A stretch of 64,000 nucleotides of DNA from Nitrospirales bacterium (GTDB lineage: Bacteria; Nitrospirota; Nitrospiria; Nitrospirales; UBA8639). Of this stretch, positions 37,663 to 51,216 are shown piece by piece. How positions within the stretch are numbered: position 1 is the first letter of the stretch; each line of letters starts with the position of its first letter. Under the pieces are notes generated by a model that was not told the DNA's origin, searched no databases, and worked only from the letters and a program-made list of their open reading frames with translations. The stretch covers positions 256,001 through 320,000 of the forward strand of contig CBDBCZ010000010.1 of the NCBI GenBank assembly GCA_965203295.1, read 5' to 3'. The position numbers and the translations under genes are program-made.

Positions 37663-38360
37663 CCGTATAATTTCTAATTATTCGCCCCTCTAATTATTCG
37701 CCACACCCCAATTTTCTGGGAAAAACCACAATTTATTTCCTCCAAGAATTCATAGGCCCATTCTGAAATTATTTTTCTAATATTCGTTTTCTAATATTCG
37801 CCACCTGCTGCATGCTCAGTTTCTACTAGTATTACTTCTGATTATGTAAGCAGAAATGCCCTGGAGTGTGACTAGCAGATACAGAAAGCCATACCAAGGA
37901 CAAGGAGGCAGGCCCAACCTACCTGTGCGTGCACTGTTTCTTATGAATGTTGTTATTGCTGTGCACTATTAGCTGTGTAGTAGCGAGTGACAAGCGCAAG
38001 CACGCTGTTGCAGTTTGTTGCATGTGCTAGAGCACCTACTTACTGCCCGTTGGCTATATCTTCGGTGGCTGTGTGTGCGCAAGTTCATGTCATTGCGGAA
38101 TGCTGAAGACTGAAGTAGCAGAAGTAGAAGAAAGCATGGAGAGCTTGTGGCCTGTTAACCCATGCAGGAGAGCTTGTGGCCTGTTAACCCATGCAAGTAA
38201 AGAGTGAATCTCCTGACAAGCTGCCCATATCTCAGGCTAATCTTCTATATATTCGCCACCACTCGTTAAAAATGAAATTTTTTAAATTAATTACCTCCAA
38301 TGAATTTGCCAACCCAAAATGAAATTATTTAATTAGGATGAATAATTAAAAATTATACGG
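37663..38360. mobile_element. Tc1/pogo-type MITE (TA TSD)
   Basis: ta|ccgtataatttctaattattc ... gaataattaaaaattatacgg|ta; internal tattcgcc motifs. Confidence 0.85.
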
Positions 38361-38728
38361 TAGTTGCAAATGCACTCCGCAGCTGCATGAGCCTAGATTG
38401 CAGCGCCTTTCTAAAGGGTTATGTATACTGATATCGGGGGGGGGGGGGGGGGGGGGGAGGCAGCCGGCTAGGTAAGTTTCATGGCGGTATAGCTGGGAAT
38501 GTTTTTATGGGACCCCACCACAAGGTAGGCCTGACTAGAATTCCTGATGTGCGCGCGTTAGTATCCCGTAGCTAAAGGGGGTCGCGTTGCTTTGTAGTCG
38601 AGGTGACGCATTGCCGATGGCGGCGACATCTACATGCAGCGGGCGCATTTGGCCACTGCCGCGCGTATTGGCTGGGCATTGCGCGGGCGCATTTGGCCGC
38701 GACCGGGTGTAAAGTATGGAAGCCGAGG

Positions 38729-38905
38729 TACGGTGGCCCTGGGAGACACTCCGCGACGCAAGCGGGAGCGCCGCCCAGCTAGCGTAGGTATAAACGCCGG
38801 TCAGGCGGACTCCGCGATGCGAGCGGGAGCGCCGCCCAGCTAGCGTAGGTATAAACGTCGGTCAGGCGGACTCCGCGATGCGAGCGGTGCGGGAGCGCCG
38901 CCCGA
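38729..38905 (+). mobile_element. IS3EU-like terminus (TACGGTGGCCCTG) with ~61-bp subterminal tandem repeat x2.5
   Basis: The terminus resembles the reverse complement of ~59170-59189 (tacggtggtccttg); repeat units start at ~38748, ~38809 and ~38870. Confidence 0.65.
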
Positions 38906-39385
38906 CTACCGGAATCAACTCTACTGGGTGCCGCCGAAGAGGCGGAATGTCCGCTCGTCTGGCGGAATCTTCTCCGCTGTATATATATATATATATAATA
39001 TATAGGCGGGAGTGTTGCGGCAACTGCGCAGAACTGGATTTTTGTCTATATATATAATCGACCGATGTGCACGTGCATCTGCAGCAGGCTGACAACCAAC
39101 TGTTGTACAACTACATATGCGCTCGATGAGGTTGCTAAGAATGGATAAAAAAAGGTTAGGGTGAGGTTAAAACTTTGTAAATATGAAGTTGTATATAGGC
39201 TCTGGGTGAGACGCTGTAGCAATATCTTTGTTTTATTTTATTTGATTATGAAACTCTTTTGGCCGAGCAGCTGATGAACACGCTTCCAGAAGAGCCAGTC
39301 GTCATTATAAGTATGAATACACTCTGCGCGAACGCATGCGCAATCACGTCTTGCACGTATTGTTTACGCGGGAATGAGAGAGAAG

Positions 39386-41670
39386 ATGAGCAAGAAGATT
39401 GCTAGCTATTTTCTACACCTTTCTGACAGTATGCTAGTGAAAGCAAGGGAGCTGATAGAGGTACGCTATGCACTGTGATATGTTGGACTGCAAAACGCTA
39501 TAGGCCGTTAGTACACGGTCGACGTGCATGCATGGTGCTGCCTCTTTTGTTGAGAGCTAGATTAGATGGCCGTGAGCACAGTATTGACCATCTGTACTTT
39601 CAATTGGTACATGGTAGACCGTAAGGCGGTGGAGACAGACAGGATTGCAGTTGCTGGAAGTGGTATGTGTCTGTTTGGCAAATGCGGGCCAGTATATATG
39701 TAGAGCTGCAGATTATCTGTCTGCACCGTGTGGCATGTGTATTTCTGAAAGGCTCTGGTCATGTGTTTGAACGAGGCCAGGCAATCGCACGAAACATCAA
39801 GAAGCGCAAGTTGAGTGCAGCACAGAAGCATACTCAGAAGCATAGTGGTACTGGGGTACCAGTGCATGTTTAGGTAATTATAAATTACATGACAAATAAT
39901 ACATGGCAGTAATTACTCTGTAGTAGCCTTATTTTACAGATGAATGTGTACAAGATGATGGTCACTCATGCTGGAAAGTTCGTAAAAGATTCAGCTGCTG
40001 TTGAAGTTTGCCTGGATAAGCAGGATGGTTATGTCCAAGTAGCAATGAAGGCTGCCCATGCACTAGGCACTGTCCAGCCTGAAGGAAAGAAGTTTGCTCT
40101 TGTCAGTGCAGCATCCGGAGCTCTGTTGCCAACCCAGCTCAAAGATAAAACTGTGTGGACACTTGGGTTTTTTTGCGACAGAGACATAAGAAGGCCAGCA
40201 AGATTGAGTTTGGATTGGCAGCGGTCGACGAGACCATAAAGTGTGATCAGGTATGACGTGTATATGATTGCATAAGTTAGATTACTGAGAATATTGACTT
40301 TGAGGCCCCTGTTTAGGAGATGATGGTTGATGTACCAGTGGATTCAAGAGCTCAACTGTCCAAAGCCTCAGATGACATAGAAGGTACAGGGCTTATACAA
40401 TTCATTCTTTTGAAATTTAATTGACACAATAATTTAACTTCATTTTACAGTATGGTATAGTCGTGTGAGTGAGGATAGCAGTGATAGCCTTCCAGATGAT
40501 TTTTCAAGATCTGCTGCATGGCTACATGTGCAAGTTGATAAAGATTCAGAAGTGGAAATGGATTCCACTGAGCCATTTCTTCCCGAGAATGAGGGATTTC
40601 GGGTCTCACGCCTCATCAGACACACACCAGAAGGTACGTTGCAATCATTGAAGTGTGATCCAAAAATAAGGGGTAGAGGGAAGGCGCATAATATACATAC
40701 GGTATTTAGAAAATTTATAGGAGCTTTCAAGTTCTTGAGAACATGCAGTTACATGTATGTTTTTAGTGCTTCTACTGTGTCTCAAGTGGGTGTTCTGTGG
40801 TAGCTAGCTAGCAACTACTTACTGAAGCTTTCAAAACATGGCTATGCCTTGTCAACTCACAAAGTGCCTTAAGCCACAGCACATACTTATTATATACTCA
40901 GGGAAACAGACCATACTAGAGCCTGGAAGTGGGGGCTCTTTGAAAGTTACTGGATCCACATCTGGTATGAATGTATAATCTGAAGAGCATTATGTGATTG
41001 AGATCCCTTATCATTATATCCTAATCTTTAAATACCAGACTTTCAGCTACTATATAAAAGTCCTCCAGACATCACATTGGCATCCTTGAAGAGTGTGTAC
41101 CCTCTCTACTGCTTGTCTTCCCACCATGAGAAAACAACATACAAGTGGGTAATTATGGATCGCCCTGATCACCACTTCCCTTCCACCCGTTACATGTGCG
41201 AAAAGCAGGGCTGTACAAGTGTACAGCAACGTGTGGCTTGTAGAGCAAGAGTGAAATTTTACTGTTCATCTCAAGCCAACTGCTGGTATGCAAATTTGAA
41301 GTGTTATCATGCATGTGATCAATCAAATACCTGATTATTGAAGGTATCAAGTGTAGTACTGAATGTACATGTATTAACTTTCTTGTAGACCTTTCCCAAG
41401 CAAAGACATCCTTCACACGGCGAAGAGAAATTCGAGGTAGCGTTGATGTGTGCACCGCCTAAAACTTTTGGGTCCCTAATGAAAATCTATTTCATTCTCC
41501 TTCACCTAGAGCAAGGCCTTTCCATGCAGTTCAGGAGAGAAGAGCGCGAGGAGGCCACTGCCCAGTTTAGTTCTGGACGCCTGATAGGAACAGGTGCATA
41601 TGGGACTGTCTATTTGGGCTAAAATCTTCGCAATAGCGGAACCTCTGTGGCGGTGAAAGTTCTGAACAAG
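39386..41670 (+). pseudogene. 5' half of a Pelle/IRAK-like kinase gene (kinase D), degenerate
   Basis: Exon ~41510-41670 FRREE..EATAQFSSGRLIGTGAYGTVYLG*..TSVAVKVLNK|gt; upstream exons inferred from splice signals only. Confidence 0.65.
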
Positions 41671-43736
41671 GTATATAATTGCCTAGCATCTTGACAACCG
41701 TTGGTCTTATCATTACCCTCCCTGCTATATACATGTAGCCTCACTTAATATAATACCATTAATTTGCTGTCCTCGTAGCCTAGCATCCTGACAACCGTTG
41801 GTCTTATCATTACCCTCCCTGCTATATACATGTACCATGATACCATTCATTTGTTGTCCTCGGAGTCATTGTCTAGATGTTTTTCTTTTGAGTATGATAT
41901 CCACAGACTCAGTGACTGAGTTTGTTTGCTAAGTATACATAGACAGCTTTAAGGTTTGTGGCATCCATATCTTCTCTCTGCATGTGAAATCCATTTCCAA
42001 AGTGCAACTCTGGCTAGTGTTTCAAAGGAGGGTGGATAAAATGGTGGGGATGATTGCGACTTTTCCCTCATTGCCCGAACCCAGATGTTGTGATCTACTG
42101 TCTTCAAGTGGTCTTCTGCACCTGTACATTAGATGACTACTATATAGTGATATCCATAGTTACAGAGCATGGCTGAGCATGGCTGAACATGCAGCTACCC
42201 ACCAACATGTGCAGGCATATCATATAGTGTGGCTGATGTCAGGAGGGGACCACACACTGATCATGTTGGTAGGAGGTATGTTATTTCATAGCGAGTACTT
42301 ACATTCGTACTGACTGTTCTCCCCTAGATATCCTAATTTATTGTTACCATTTAAATTTAGTGTGATTAGTAGGTATTCCCCCATTCCTTTCCAGTGAGCA
42401 TTCCGATGGTTCAAGTCAGAGGAAAGCCTCATTCCCATGCCAGAATGGGAATGAACTAGGAGGGGAAGTAACATGTGGTAATGGACCAGATGTTACTTCC
42501 TGTTATTACTGCAGTACCTCTTAGGGTGTGTTGATTTATATTTCTTCAACTGAGACCACCACTCCTCTATTTTCTAAGTACCTCTTTACTACTCCACCAG
42601 GAAGGTGGTTGCCAACTCAGTTCAGAGTACAGAGTAAAGAGTACCTGGGGCAGCTTATTTTTCTTTTGATATGGTTGAAAGAATGTAATTAAAATTGTAT
42701 AGCCCGTTACTAGCGTCACGATCTTGAGGGTCGGTGCGAATCAGGACCGGCGGCGTAGCCATACCGACTGGTCTCGATATTCACTGCTGACTCGATTCTG
42801 GGAACGTCGCAAAGGTCGGAACAAGCGGTGTAAATTCTGCTGCCGGTACGTCGATTCGATTCTGGAACAGTCGCAAAAAACAAATTCTACCGGTCTCACT
42901 CAAGCCGCTAAGGAAAATAAAGAGGCTGCTCAACCTTGAACAAACCCTTTTATATGTGCATTTCCCGCCAAATGCATGCGTCATATGACGTTGGGAGCAT
43001 ATTTCCTGTCTAATTCCTACGGTCGGCCAAAGAATTGTGCCTGATTTTGTGTGTATTCCAGTCCCTCATGAACTCATCCAGTTCACTCTGCAGCACACCA
43101 GCAAATGTAAACGCAAGACACTGCCTGTATAAAGCAAGAACACTTGTAGAGTATGACTACATGTAGTCTTAGTCCTCATCACAGTGTTCAATAACAAATT
43201 TAACTCATTTTTGAAGTGCTATCATTATCTTGTGAGTGCATGTGTACTTGCATGATTTTGTCACCTGCACATGCGCATGCATTGCACACATACAGTCAGT
43301 TACTGCTACTGAAACAGTAACTTATATACATGACTAACTGTATCTATGCATATTACTTCCTACCTGTGCAAGTCACAGTTGCTATCAAACAGTCTGTTGG
43401 CAACAAGGTCCTGCATGTGCATTACGATAATTATTATACAGTTTTAATTAAATTCGAGGGAAATATTAATCCTATATTAGACATGTACCTTGCAAACATC
43501 AATCCACCAATGAGATTTATATTTCTTCAACTGAGACCGCCACTCCTCTATTTTCTGAATAAATGAGTTTGAAATGCCATGCATCTCGCAATGTTTTTTG
43601 CAACATACTGTAGAAACTAGTAATGTGTTTTTTGTCAGTAGTGCTACCTATTCACTACTGTGGTTTGCTAGTCTCCACAGTTGTAAGCTGAAGCCTTATA
43701 TGTACATGTTGTTTTAGGCATAGTAAACTGAAAGCC

Positions 43737-44655
43737 ATGCAGGTGTTTCAATTGTGTTACACTGACGGATCACCAACTTTAGGATGCCCAGCTATTCTGA
43801 GGAGCGACTATGGTACCGAAAATGCGACTTTAGCTACAATTCATGTAACATTCAGGCTGCAACACGTAGACTCTTTAGCAGGAGAGAAAAGTTTCATACA
43901 TATAATTATGTACGGTAGTATTTGCACCTGCCATCTGCTGAACACATTCGAGGTAATAGCGAGCAATCACTTTGGAGTTGCTGTTTGTAGGCGCCAATTT
44001 TAGCCATAGAAGTCGTCTGGAAAATCTAATAGCATAAAAGAAACACTCATAGTAATTTACATGTTGTATGCTTAACTACATTAACATACCCATCAATAGC
44101 ACCATGAATTGTCAATCCAAAAGGTGTCAACTTATCATATCCATCGATGTGCCATATATAGTTTGGTCCCTGTTCGGGAGGAGGAATTAATACTAAAACC
44201 TTGAAACTAAAGACATAAAAAATATTACTTTGTTTCTATAGATCCTCCTCTTAAGTTTTCGCTGTCTCCTAAGAGACACTCCTTCAGGATCTTCATCCTT
44301 TAACAATCTTCGTACAGTCTCTCTGTGTGGATTAATAATCATGGTGTTTATATAGTGCTGATCCCGCATTAAGGAACAACGTGCATGGCTATCTGTGGTG
44401 TACTGAGATGGGTATCTTAACTATACTATAGACAATAATGGTGGAGGAACAAGCGTTTTACCAACGAACGTTTTACAGCATTTCAATACACTTCAAGGAA
44501 GAGTCAAAGTGCTGTCAAAACACAAAATGTATACTATACCATTAAAGTACATAAAGCATTATACCTGAGAACGATGACTTTGAATTTATCACGCAACAAC
44601 TTCCATACCGCCCTGTAGCCCCTCAAGGAATCTGAAGTTCTCAGGAGACTCTATA
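43737..44655 (-). pseudogene. Intron-rich IS3EU-like transposase fragment, convergent with kinase D; one exon inverted
   Basis: Minus-strand exons LRGYRAVWKLLRDKF, DPEGVSLRRQRKLKRRIYRNK, GPNYIWHIDGYDKLTPFGLTIHGAIDG, FSRRLLWLK; the next exon GCPAILRSDYGTEN is on the plus strand (43783-43901). Confidence 0.88.
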
Positions 44656-45090
44656 CATTCAAAAATACAACATCATGTATAGTGTGCAATACTAGCACAT
44701 CCATGCAGTGTGACAGTTAATGAAACTTGAACAGGGTTTATAGTTATTATAGTTTTGCAAAGAACCCGGCTCGCGACACAAGTGCCTAGCTAGTGCAATG
44801 TCACCGGCATGTTAAGCCAGAACGAGCATTACAGTGAACACAATAATCATTGTTAAAACTCAAGAAATTGTAGACGATAGTGATACAAAAGCGTTTACCT
44901 AACTGAATACTCAGCATTACAGTGAAACCTTCATGATAAATTATAAACACAATAATTGCTGTCACTCAAGAAATTGTAAAGACTACAGTGATACAAGTGT
45001 TTGCCAACTGAACTAATGTATATAATACTATAATTATAAGTCTTGACCAAAGTCTGTTGTGAACATCGTACAGTAACACTAAGTCCATGA

Positions 45091-48000
45091 CTAAACTCCA
45101 CCAAACCCATCATTGCCCTTCAATGACATGATCATGGCGTCTTTAAATGCTTCATAGTCTTCACCATGGCAGGTTGGCAGGCGTAATTGCAAATCACAAG
45201 TACTAGCTGTACAAAACTTCAATGTAGTTACGTTGCTATGTAAAAACGTAACTTTCGGGACCTTGGAAAATCCTAGTGGTGGTATACGGTCTGCTCCTGT
45301 GAAGAATACCAAAATGTCCTTCACGTCACAACCAGAATTTCCATCTGCATGATAAATAAGATAAATAAAGTGAATAGGTTTACCTACTGAAGTAAATACA
45401 CATTGAATACCTTCACACTCATCAAGGAAATCAACAAAGTGGACCCACGCCTGTTCTTCAGCCTGCCTTCGAGAGGATCCAGCCACACTATACTCAATGG
45501 ATACCAGGTCCTTCAAATTCTCTACACATGTATATTGATGTAAGAAGAAACTATGACGAAGTTACACCAAATTGAATAGACACTAGCTTGTATGTCTGCC
45601 GCATGTACATGTATACGAACCCACCTGCAGTGAAAGGTCTGCACTCATCGACGAAAAATGGCCTCATCGCATCAGGGTGTTTTCTGATTATATCCAGAAC
45701 ATCCAATTCCTCCAGACCCTCAGCAAATTGATCCATGCACGCTTTCACTTTAAGCATGCAGTGGTAGTCCACAAGAGTATATCTCAGGCTGGCCTTGTCA
45801 GACAAGACCAGTCTGCAAATGGCTATTCTGAATCCGGTCTCCAGAAGCAACCCAGTAGCTTCTTCCACAGAGAACAACACCTTTACATCATCATCAGATT
45901 CGGCTTGATCAATCTAAAAAAAGTATAACTATGTGCTGACATTACGCCTGCATAAGTTCATATATTTTCTAACTTAATTACCTTATCCAATACAAAAAGT
46001 AGAGCGGGATCAGCAATGTCTGTGTCGCAAACAGCAGTGCTTGTACACTTGCCGGTACAGAGGTAGTTGTATACATATTCAGCCAAGCATGGTAGGCCAC
46101 TACCTCCTTGAATGATGGATACTGCAGTGTATCGGCCAAGGTTATACAGATCTATGTCATTGAGTGTTTGGGAGAACAGAAGTGTGCATATAAAGAAATA
46201 GAACATGCTTTACATTATTAACAGAACTACAGAGATTCAATATTACACAATAGAATGTCATATCTAACCTGAACAGCAGATACATTTGTTGCAAAGAATT
46301 TGCCTTGAAGGAACACATCCCTAGAATTGATAGCCAGCAGCCGGAAAAATTCTCGCCGTGGCCCGCCTTGATCCACTGCTCCCTCACCAACAAATCTGAC
46401 CTTAAAGAAAAAAATCCTTGCATGTATTTCTCTGTAACAAATAAAATATTCTGTAAGTTACTTTCAATTGCTTTGTTGGCTGGAATTTCTTCTTTCGGGC
46501 TTCCTTCATGGCATCTTTCACAAGATGGCTACGTCTGATCTCAATTACCACCGGGTCTCCTTCCTCTAGCACAGAACCTTGCAAGAACTTTACCACATCA
46601 GCAGAACAACTAATTTCATCCCTGTATTATGTCAATATATATCACGTCACAATTATGCACTAGCACTGCACATTTTAAGCCAGCACACATGCAGTATAAC
46701 CTTCCATGATCATCCACATGTACAGTATCACTCTCCGTTACATCAGCAAGGCTCTGCTCTATCACAGACTGCAGAAGAGCATCTTCCATTCTTGGAAGCT
46801 CATCACCCTACAGTTGTGTACACAACGGATAATTTATACAGGCTAAAACAAAACAAATTTTTGTTCACTAACATGTTCACTCTCCACTGGACTCTCAGTT
46901 GTAAGGTCAATTTCTGGCGTACCACTGTACAAATATGAAGTTAAAATGAAATACGTGTAATATTATTCTTCCTAGTATCCCAGATTAATAATACAAAACT
47001 TTTAGTCTTGATTAAGCCTTAAAATCATACCTGTCCCAATTCTCACACCCAAATGCCTGTTTTCTTTAAAAATTATCGAGTGTACTAAACTCTTCAACCC
47101 CTTCAACAGATTATCTACTTCTCCCACGAAAGTATTTCTAATAGTATCATACACAGGACACTCCAAGACCACACGTACTACATTCACACATTCATCCCCA
47201 CATATCTTACACTGCCAATCATTATTTTTACCCCTATGTCTTCCTAACTCTTCATTCAGACCATTAGTATTCAACCTAAACCGTGATCCCCAACCCCCTG
47301 CAAGTAATTCTTAAATTCTAATTCCTTACAAAAAGACTTTTACAGACTCGGTTTAACTTTACTATCTACACGTAAGCCATCAGTAATTAAAAGTCTTTAT
47401 AGTCTCTAAATCTCAACGCTTCATCTACTCTCTCTAAGAACAATTTACATTGCTATCTTCGGCTAATATTCCTGACTGTCTAGATTAAACCGCAGCAACA
47501 ATTCACTAATTCATGTCCTCCAAGTTATTCTTACTTGGCTGTTTCAGATGTAGCTTCACGATTTCCACTTGATAATTCTGAGCTACAAAAAAACAATGCA
47601 TGCATGTTTAAACATTTAATATACACCTATATAGGACAGACATTAAACATTTAAAATACATCTATATAGGACAAACATCAAATCCTTACAAAGCCTTTGC
47701 ACATTCATCAGCATGTTCAGAAAGCTCATCAAGTGGATATTCCTGCGCACACGTCAGACACTTTTCCAATGGCTAACAAAAAATAAAGGCATGATACTAA
47801 TGACATTGCAATGCACTCTTCTCCCGGTCTGACATGTATTTCAAAACAGTTGCAAAGTGAAATGTGCACAAGAGCCTCGGGGTAAATAAGCTTGATACTT
47901 TTTACAACTGTTACAACAGGTAGTACAGTGCATGCACATTAATTTTACAGATGTGCTTCCCATGTGTAGTCATTAGTTATGCAGTAATAATGCTTACGGC

Positions 48001-49518
48001 CTCTGCAGTCCCTTCAACTGCAGTGAGATCCAGATCACGTTGGACTGGTCGAATGTATGTTCTGGAAGCTCCAACACGTTGCTTCAATAGAGCAGGGGAA
48101 GTGTGTACAGCCATGGACAGCACCTCCATGTTCCGGCTGTTGGGTAGACCTTTAAGAAGCTGAAAGCCACCACCTTCCTTTAGCCGAGGAAAGTGTTCAA
48201 GCAGGAGATTGCGAAATTCCACCTGCGACATTTCGAGTGTCTCGAATGCAATCTCTTTCTCACCCAATCCAGCTTGATACAGCTCCTCCTTGTCTGCATC
48301 CACTGTAGGAATCCTCTCCTGATCCCTATAGGCCAGACAAACAAATTTGTGTCGCCACGCTATTCGTTTTTCTGTCTTTTGCTTCTTGGAACGAAAAAGT
48401 CCAGACATCTCCTTCCTAACACGTTTCCTGGAAATTGTGTTGTCTGCTTTCATCCCTGCACGCATTCGTTTCAAGGCAGTAAGAGCCTTGTCTGCCGCTT
48501 GGACAATTCCTGATAGAACGTGTGCACAGGAAAAAAAAAAGAATGATAAACTTCAAGAAATTGTGACTCACTGACCTGATGAATTATTGAAAATGTATCT
48601 CACCACTCTTTCTCCAATACTTGTACATGTATATGATATAAAATGGACACTATACACCTAAAGCTATATATAGGACTACAACATGAACAACATATAGAAC
48701 AAAGAATAAAAGAAGGCCCATACCTGGCCCCAAGTGCACACCAGTGGCACAACTCCCGAACCTATTCTGAAAACTAGAAGTCTCTAGCAGAGACATACCC
48801 CGCGCTCCTGGACCCTGCAGACTGTAACGCCGTATACAAGCTGTAGGCATGGCTGATCACCGTAGTAATGATGCGGGCGTTTCTCTACGTATTCTCCAGT
48901 ATAAGCTCCATGTTGAAGAAAAGACTTGTATACCATACTCGAGGGCTCACGTATGTCCGTATTCACGCTGTAGGCGTGACCAACTGCCGTAAAAAAAGGC
49001 ATGACCAACTGCCATATTAAAAAATGGTGGAACGCACCGATAATCAGAAAAAGCGTGGAAATGCCGAGAATAAAACCGCTTTCTACTATATCAGGTACAG
49101 AAAAGCTAATGTATCACGTATATGAGCATTAACCTCCTGTTTAGAAATTGTTATAGCCTCTAAATCTCCCGTTCAAGGTTTTTTCAAAATTTTTGTATGA
49201 CAGACGACGACGACAACAGATGGACAAAACCGATTACTTAACCCTGCTTGCGCATACGCGCGCGGGGTAATAAACCTAGCCTGACCATGATCACGTTCTA
49301 AGTTGAATTCATTCACAATATAATTATTACAACTTGCCTTCTTTCCGAACTTCATCTTGACGAGGCTGACTTGGTCCTGCACGAGCAGGTTCCGAAGGTG
49401 CAGAGTGAGGCTGACTTGGTCCTGCACTAGGTTCCGAAGAAGGTACAGAAAGAGAGGAAAGGTAGTTGATAGCCTCTCGGGCTTTGGAGAAAAATTCATC
49501 TTCGTAACTTGTGGACAC
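45091..49518 (-). CDS. Multi-exon HECT E3 ligase (G2E3-like HECT) with N-terminal conserved domain and C2HC zinc finger; may be degenerate
   Basis: WRHKFVCLA..AGLGEK..GGGFQLL..YIRPVQRDLD; CLTC..H...C; FVGEGAVDQGGPRREFF; FFTGADRIPPLGF..ASTCDLQLRLP..GFGGV*. 5' exons uncertain. Confidence 0.8.
47002..47560 (-). mobile_element. Non-LTR retrotransposon 3' remnant in an intron
   Basis: RLNTNGLNEELGRH..CKICG..ECPVYDTIR resembles the C-terminal zinc-knuckle region of LINE ORF2. Confidence 0.65.
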
Positions 49519-49559
49519 GTGCTTCAAGCATTGAAGGTCAAAGGTGACAATCGCAATAA

Positions 49560-49738
49560 ACAATCGCGTGCGTGAGAATGTTATACGTATACGATCCCGA
49601 GAACGTAGCCACAAGAACATTCTCGAGAACGATCCCGGGAACGTTCAGTCAATCGTGCTCGTAAACGCTACGAGATCAATTAATCGCTGTGGGCGCAGCG
49701 TGAATTCACAGCGAGATTAATTAAGCGCTGTGGGCGTA
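49560..49738 (-). mobile_element. Possible IS3EU-like terminus upstream of the HECT gene
   Basis: Repeated (c)gagaacg motifs and a duplicated cgctgtgggcg ending ..gggcgta; matching end and TSD not found. Confidence 0.4.
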
Positions 49739-49754
49739 CGCGGATCCGGAAGGA

Positions 49755-50709
49755 CTATTTTTGTCGCATTTGGCGTTCCATAGCTTTCTGGCTACTACCT
49801 CGCCAAAAAGGTTTGTTGGGTGGATCTTCCAGGGAATCATGCTTTTTTAGTTGAATCAAATGGGCCCAGGCTCTATACTGCTCACTTGTAAATCTTCCTT
49901 CATGCTTTTCACACAGTTTTTCCTCAATAGATTCAACTTCGGTCATCTTATCCCTATATTCACCATACTTTGTTGTACGTGGTTGTTTATTAGATTTGGA
50001 AGTAGATACAGGCGAGTGAGTACGTTTTTTCGCACGCTCATTTTCTTCACGAGCAGAACACCACAGCAGAATTTCTCGTTTTCGCAAATAGACTTTATAC
50101 ATATCTTCTATATCTTGATCATTCAATAGCCATCTGAGTTTTCCTTTACTCCCGTGTCCTGGTTCAATGTATCCTAACTGTTCGATATCACTCGGGACTT
50201 TGTCTCTACACGATTCCACAAGTGTCTTCTTCAAATGCTCAAGTGATCCAAAGCGATCAGCAAATCGAAGTGTTTGAATAACATAATCAGTCTTTTTCTT
50301 GGGGTTTACGATTTTAACTGAGTAGTTATAGTTTTCACAATGACTTGAAGGATTGGTGGTACTGCTGAACTCTGGTACAGCAGTACTACTTATAATCAAT
50401 GCGGTAGGGGTTATAGACAGCTGAGAAGTTGCAGTTGCAGTATTATCTGCAGTGAACTAAAATGGGAAAGAAACTGTTAAGCTACTGTACTATCCGTAGA
50501 TTTAAAAATTTCTCTCGTAATTCACTTATCTGTTAATTAGGACACCCAGGGTCCATATGCGGTCTTACCTGAAAACCGGACTGACGCTGAGTTCTCATGT
50601 CTTCAGGCATCACAAAAGGTTGGGCTGCAGGAACTATCCCTACGTTAACGGTGGTACTGCTTGACCCATTACTAGCAGATTCACTTTGAAACCACACACT
50701 CTTATCCAT
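49755..50709 (-). CDS. Uncharacterised, probably transposon-associated protein, 3'-truncated
   Basis: 214-aa open frame with GYIEPGHGSKGKLRWL and YRAWAHLIQLKKHDSLEDPPNKPFW; putative upstream exon ~50570-50709. Confidence 0.5.
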
Positions 50710-51216
50710 TTTCTTTACAGTTTGGCAAACACGTTGCAGTCAGTCACGAGACTATATTGCGCAACCTTACGTCACTAGTTACGGAACGGCTGTTCAAACG
50801 GAATTGAAAATTGCAGTAAGATTGCTTTATGTTTTCCGCGTCTGTCTGTTAGTGCGTCCGCACTTATCACGTGCGCAATATATTACGTCATACGTTACTA
50901 TGCAACTGCAGTGTACAGCAGCGTTTGGAGGTTTGCAGGCCAAGCTACAGCAAATGAAGGTAGTTTTGTGTTGTCTAGATGGCGAAAACGTGGTAGGTAG
51001 CCGTGAAGATCCTGGTTTCTTGGCATATAGCTACTAACTTGAGGCGCATGACGAAACTGCTCAGTCAGCACATTCGCTGTACCGCTCTAGGAATATAGTT
51101 TCTCTGGCTCTGCAGCTGTAGTTTAGTAGCTTGGCCTAAGCTGAGTTGTGTGTATTGTACGGGAAAGGCGTCCGGTTGGTTTTTAGACATGAAATGTCAG
51201 ACTTGTTTGTGCTGCA

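Larger units (their letters stand above)
34695..38418 (-). mobile_element. piggyBac element 2 (right boundary uncertain)
   Basis: TTAA|cccttcaggc at 34691-34704; candidate other end ..ctaaaggg|ttat at 38418 with only a weak TIR match. Confidence 0.5.

Noticed and set aside
4889..38458. Long poly-G runs (~4890, ~35032, ~38436)
   Set aside because: Homopolymer lengths are unreliable in assemblies and there is no further evidence of function.
41682..41860. ~96-bp local tandem duplication (also 30-bp pairs near 15585 and 38140, and a ~45-bp copy at 42535/43515)
   Set aside because: Ordinary local duplications with no coding or terminal structure.
43018..43030. tacggtcggcc as the partner end of 49738
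   Set aside because: Poor TIR match, and the flanks aattcc / cgcgga are not a TSD.
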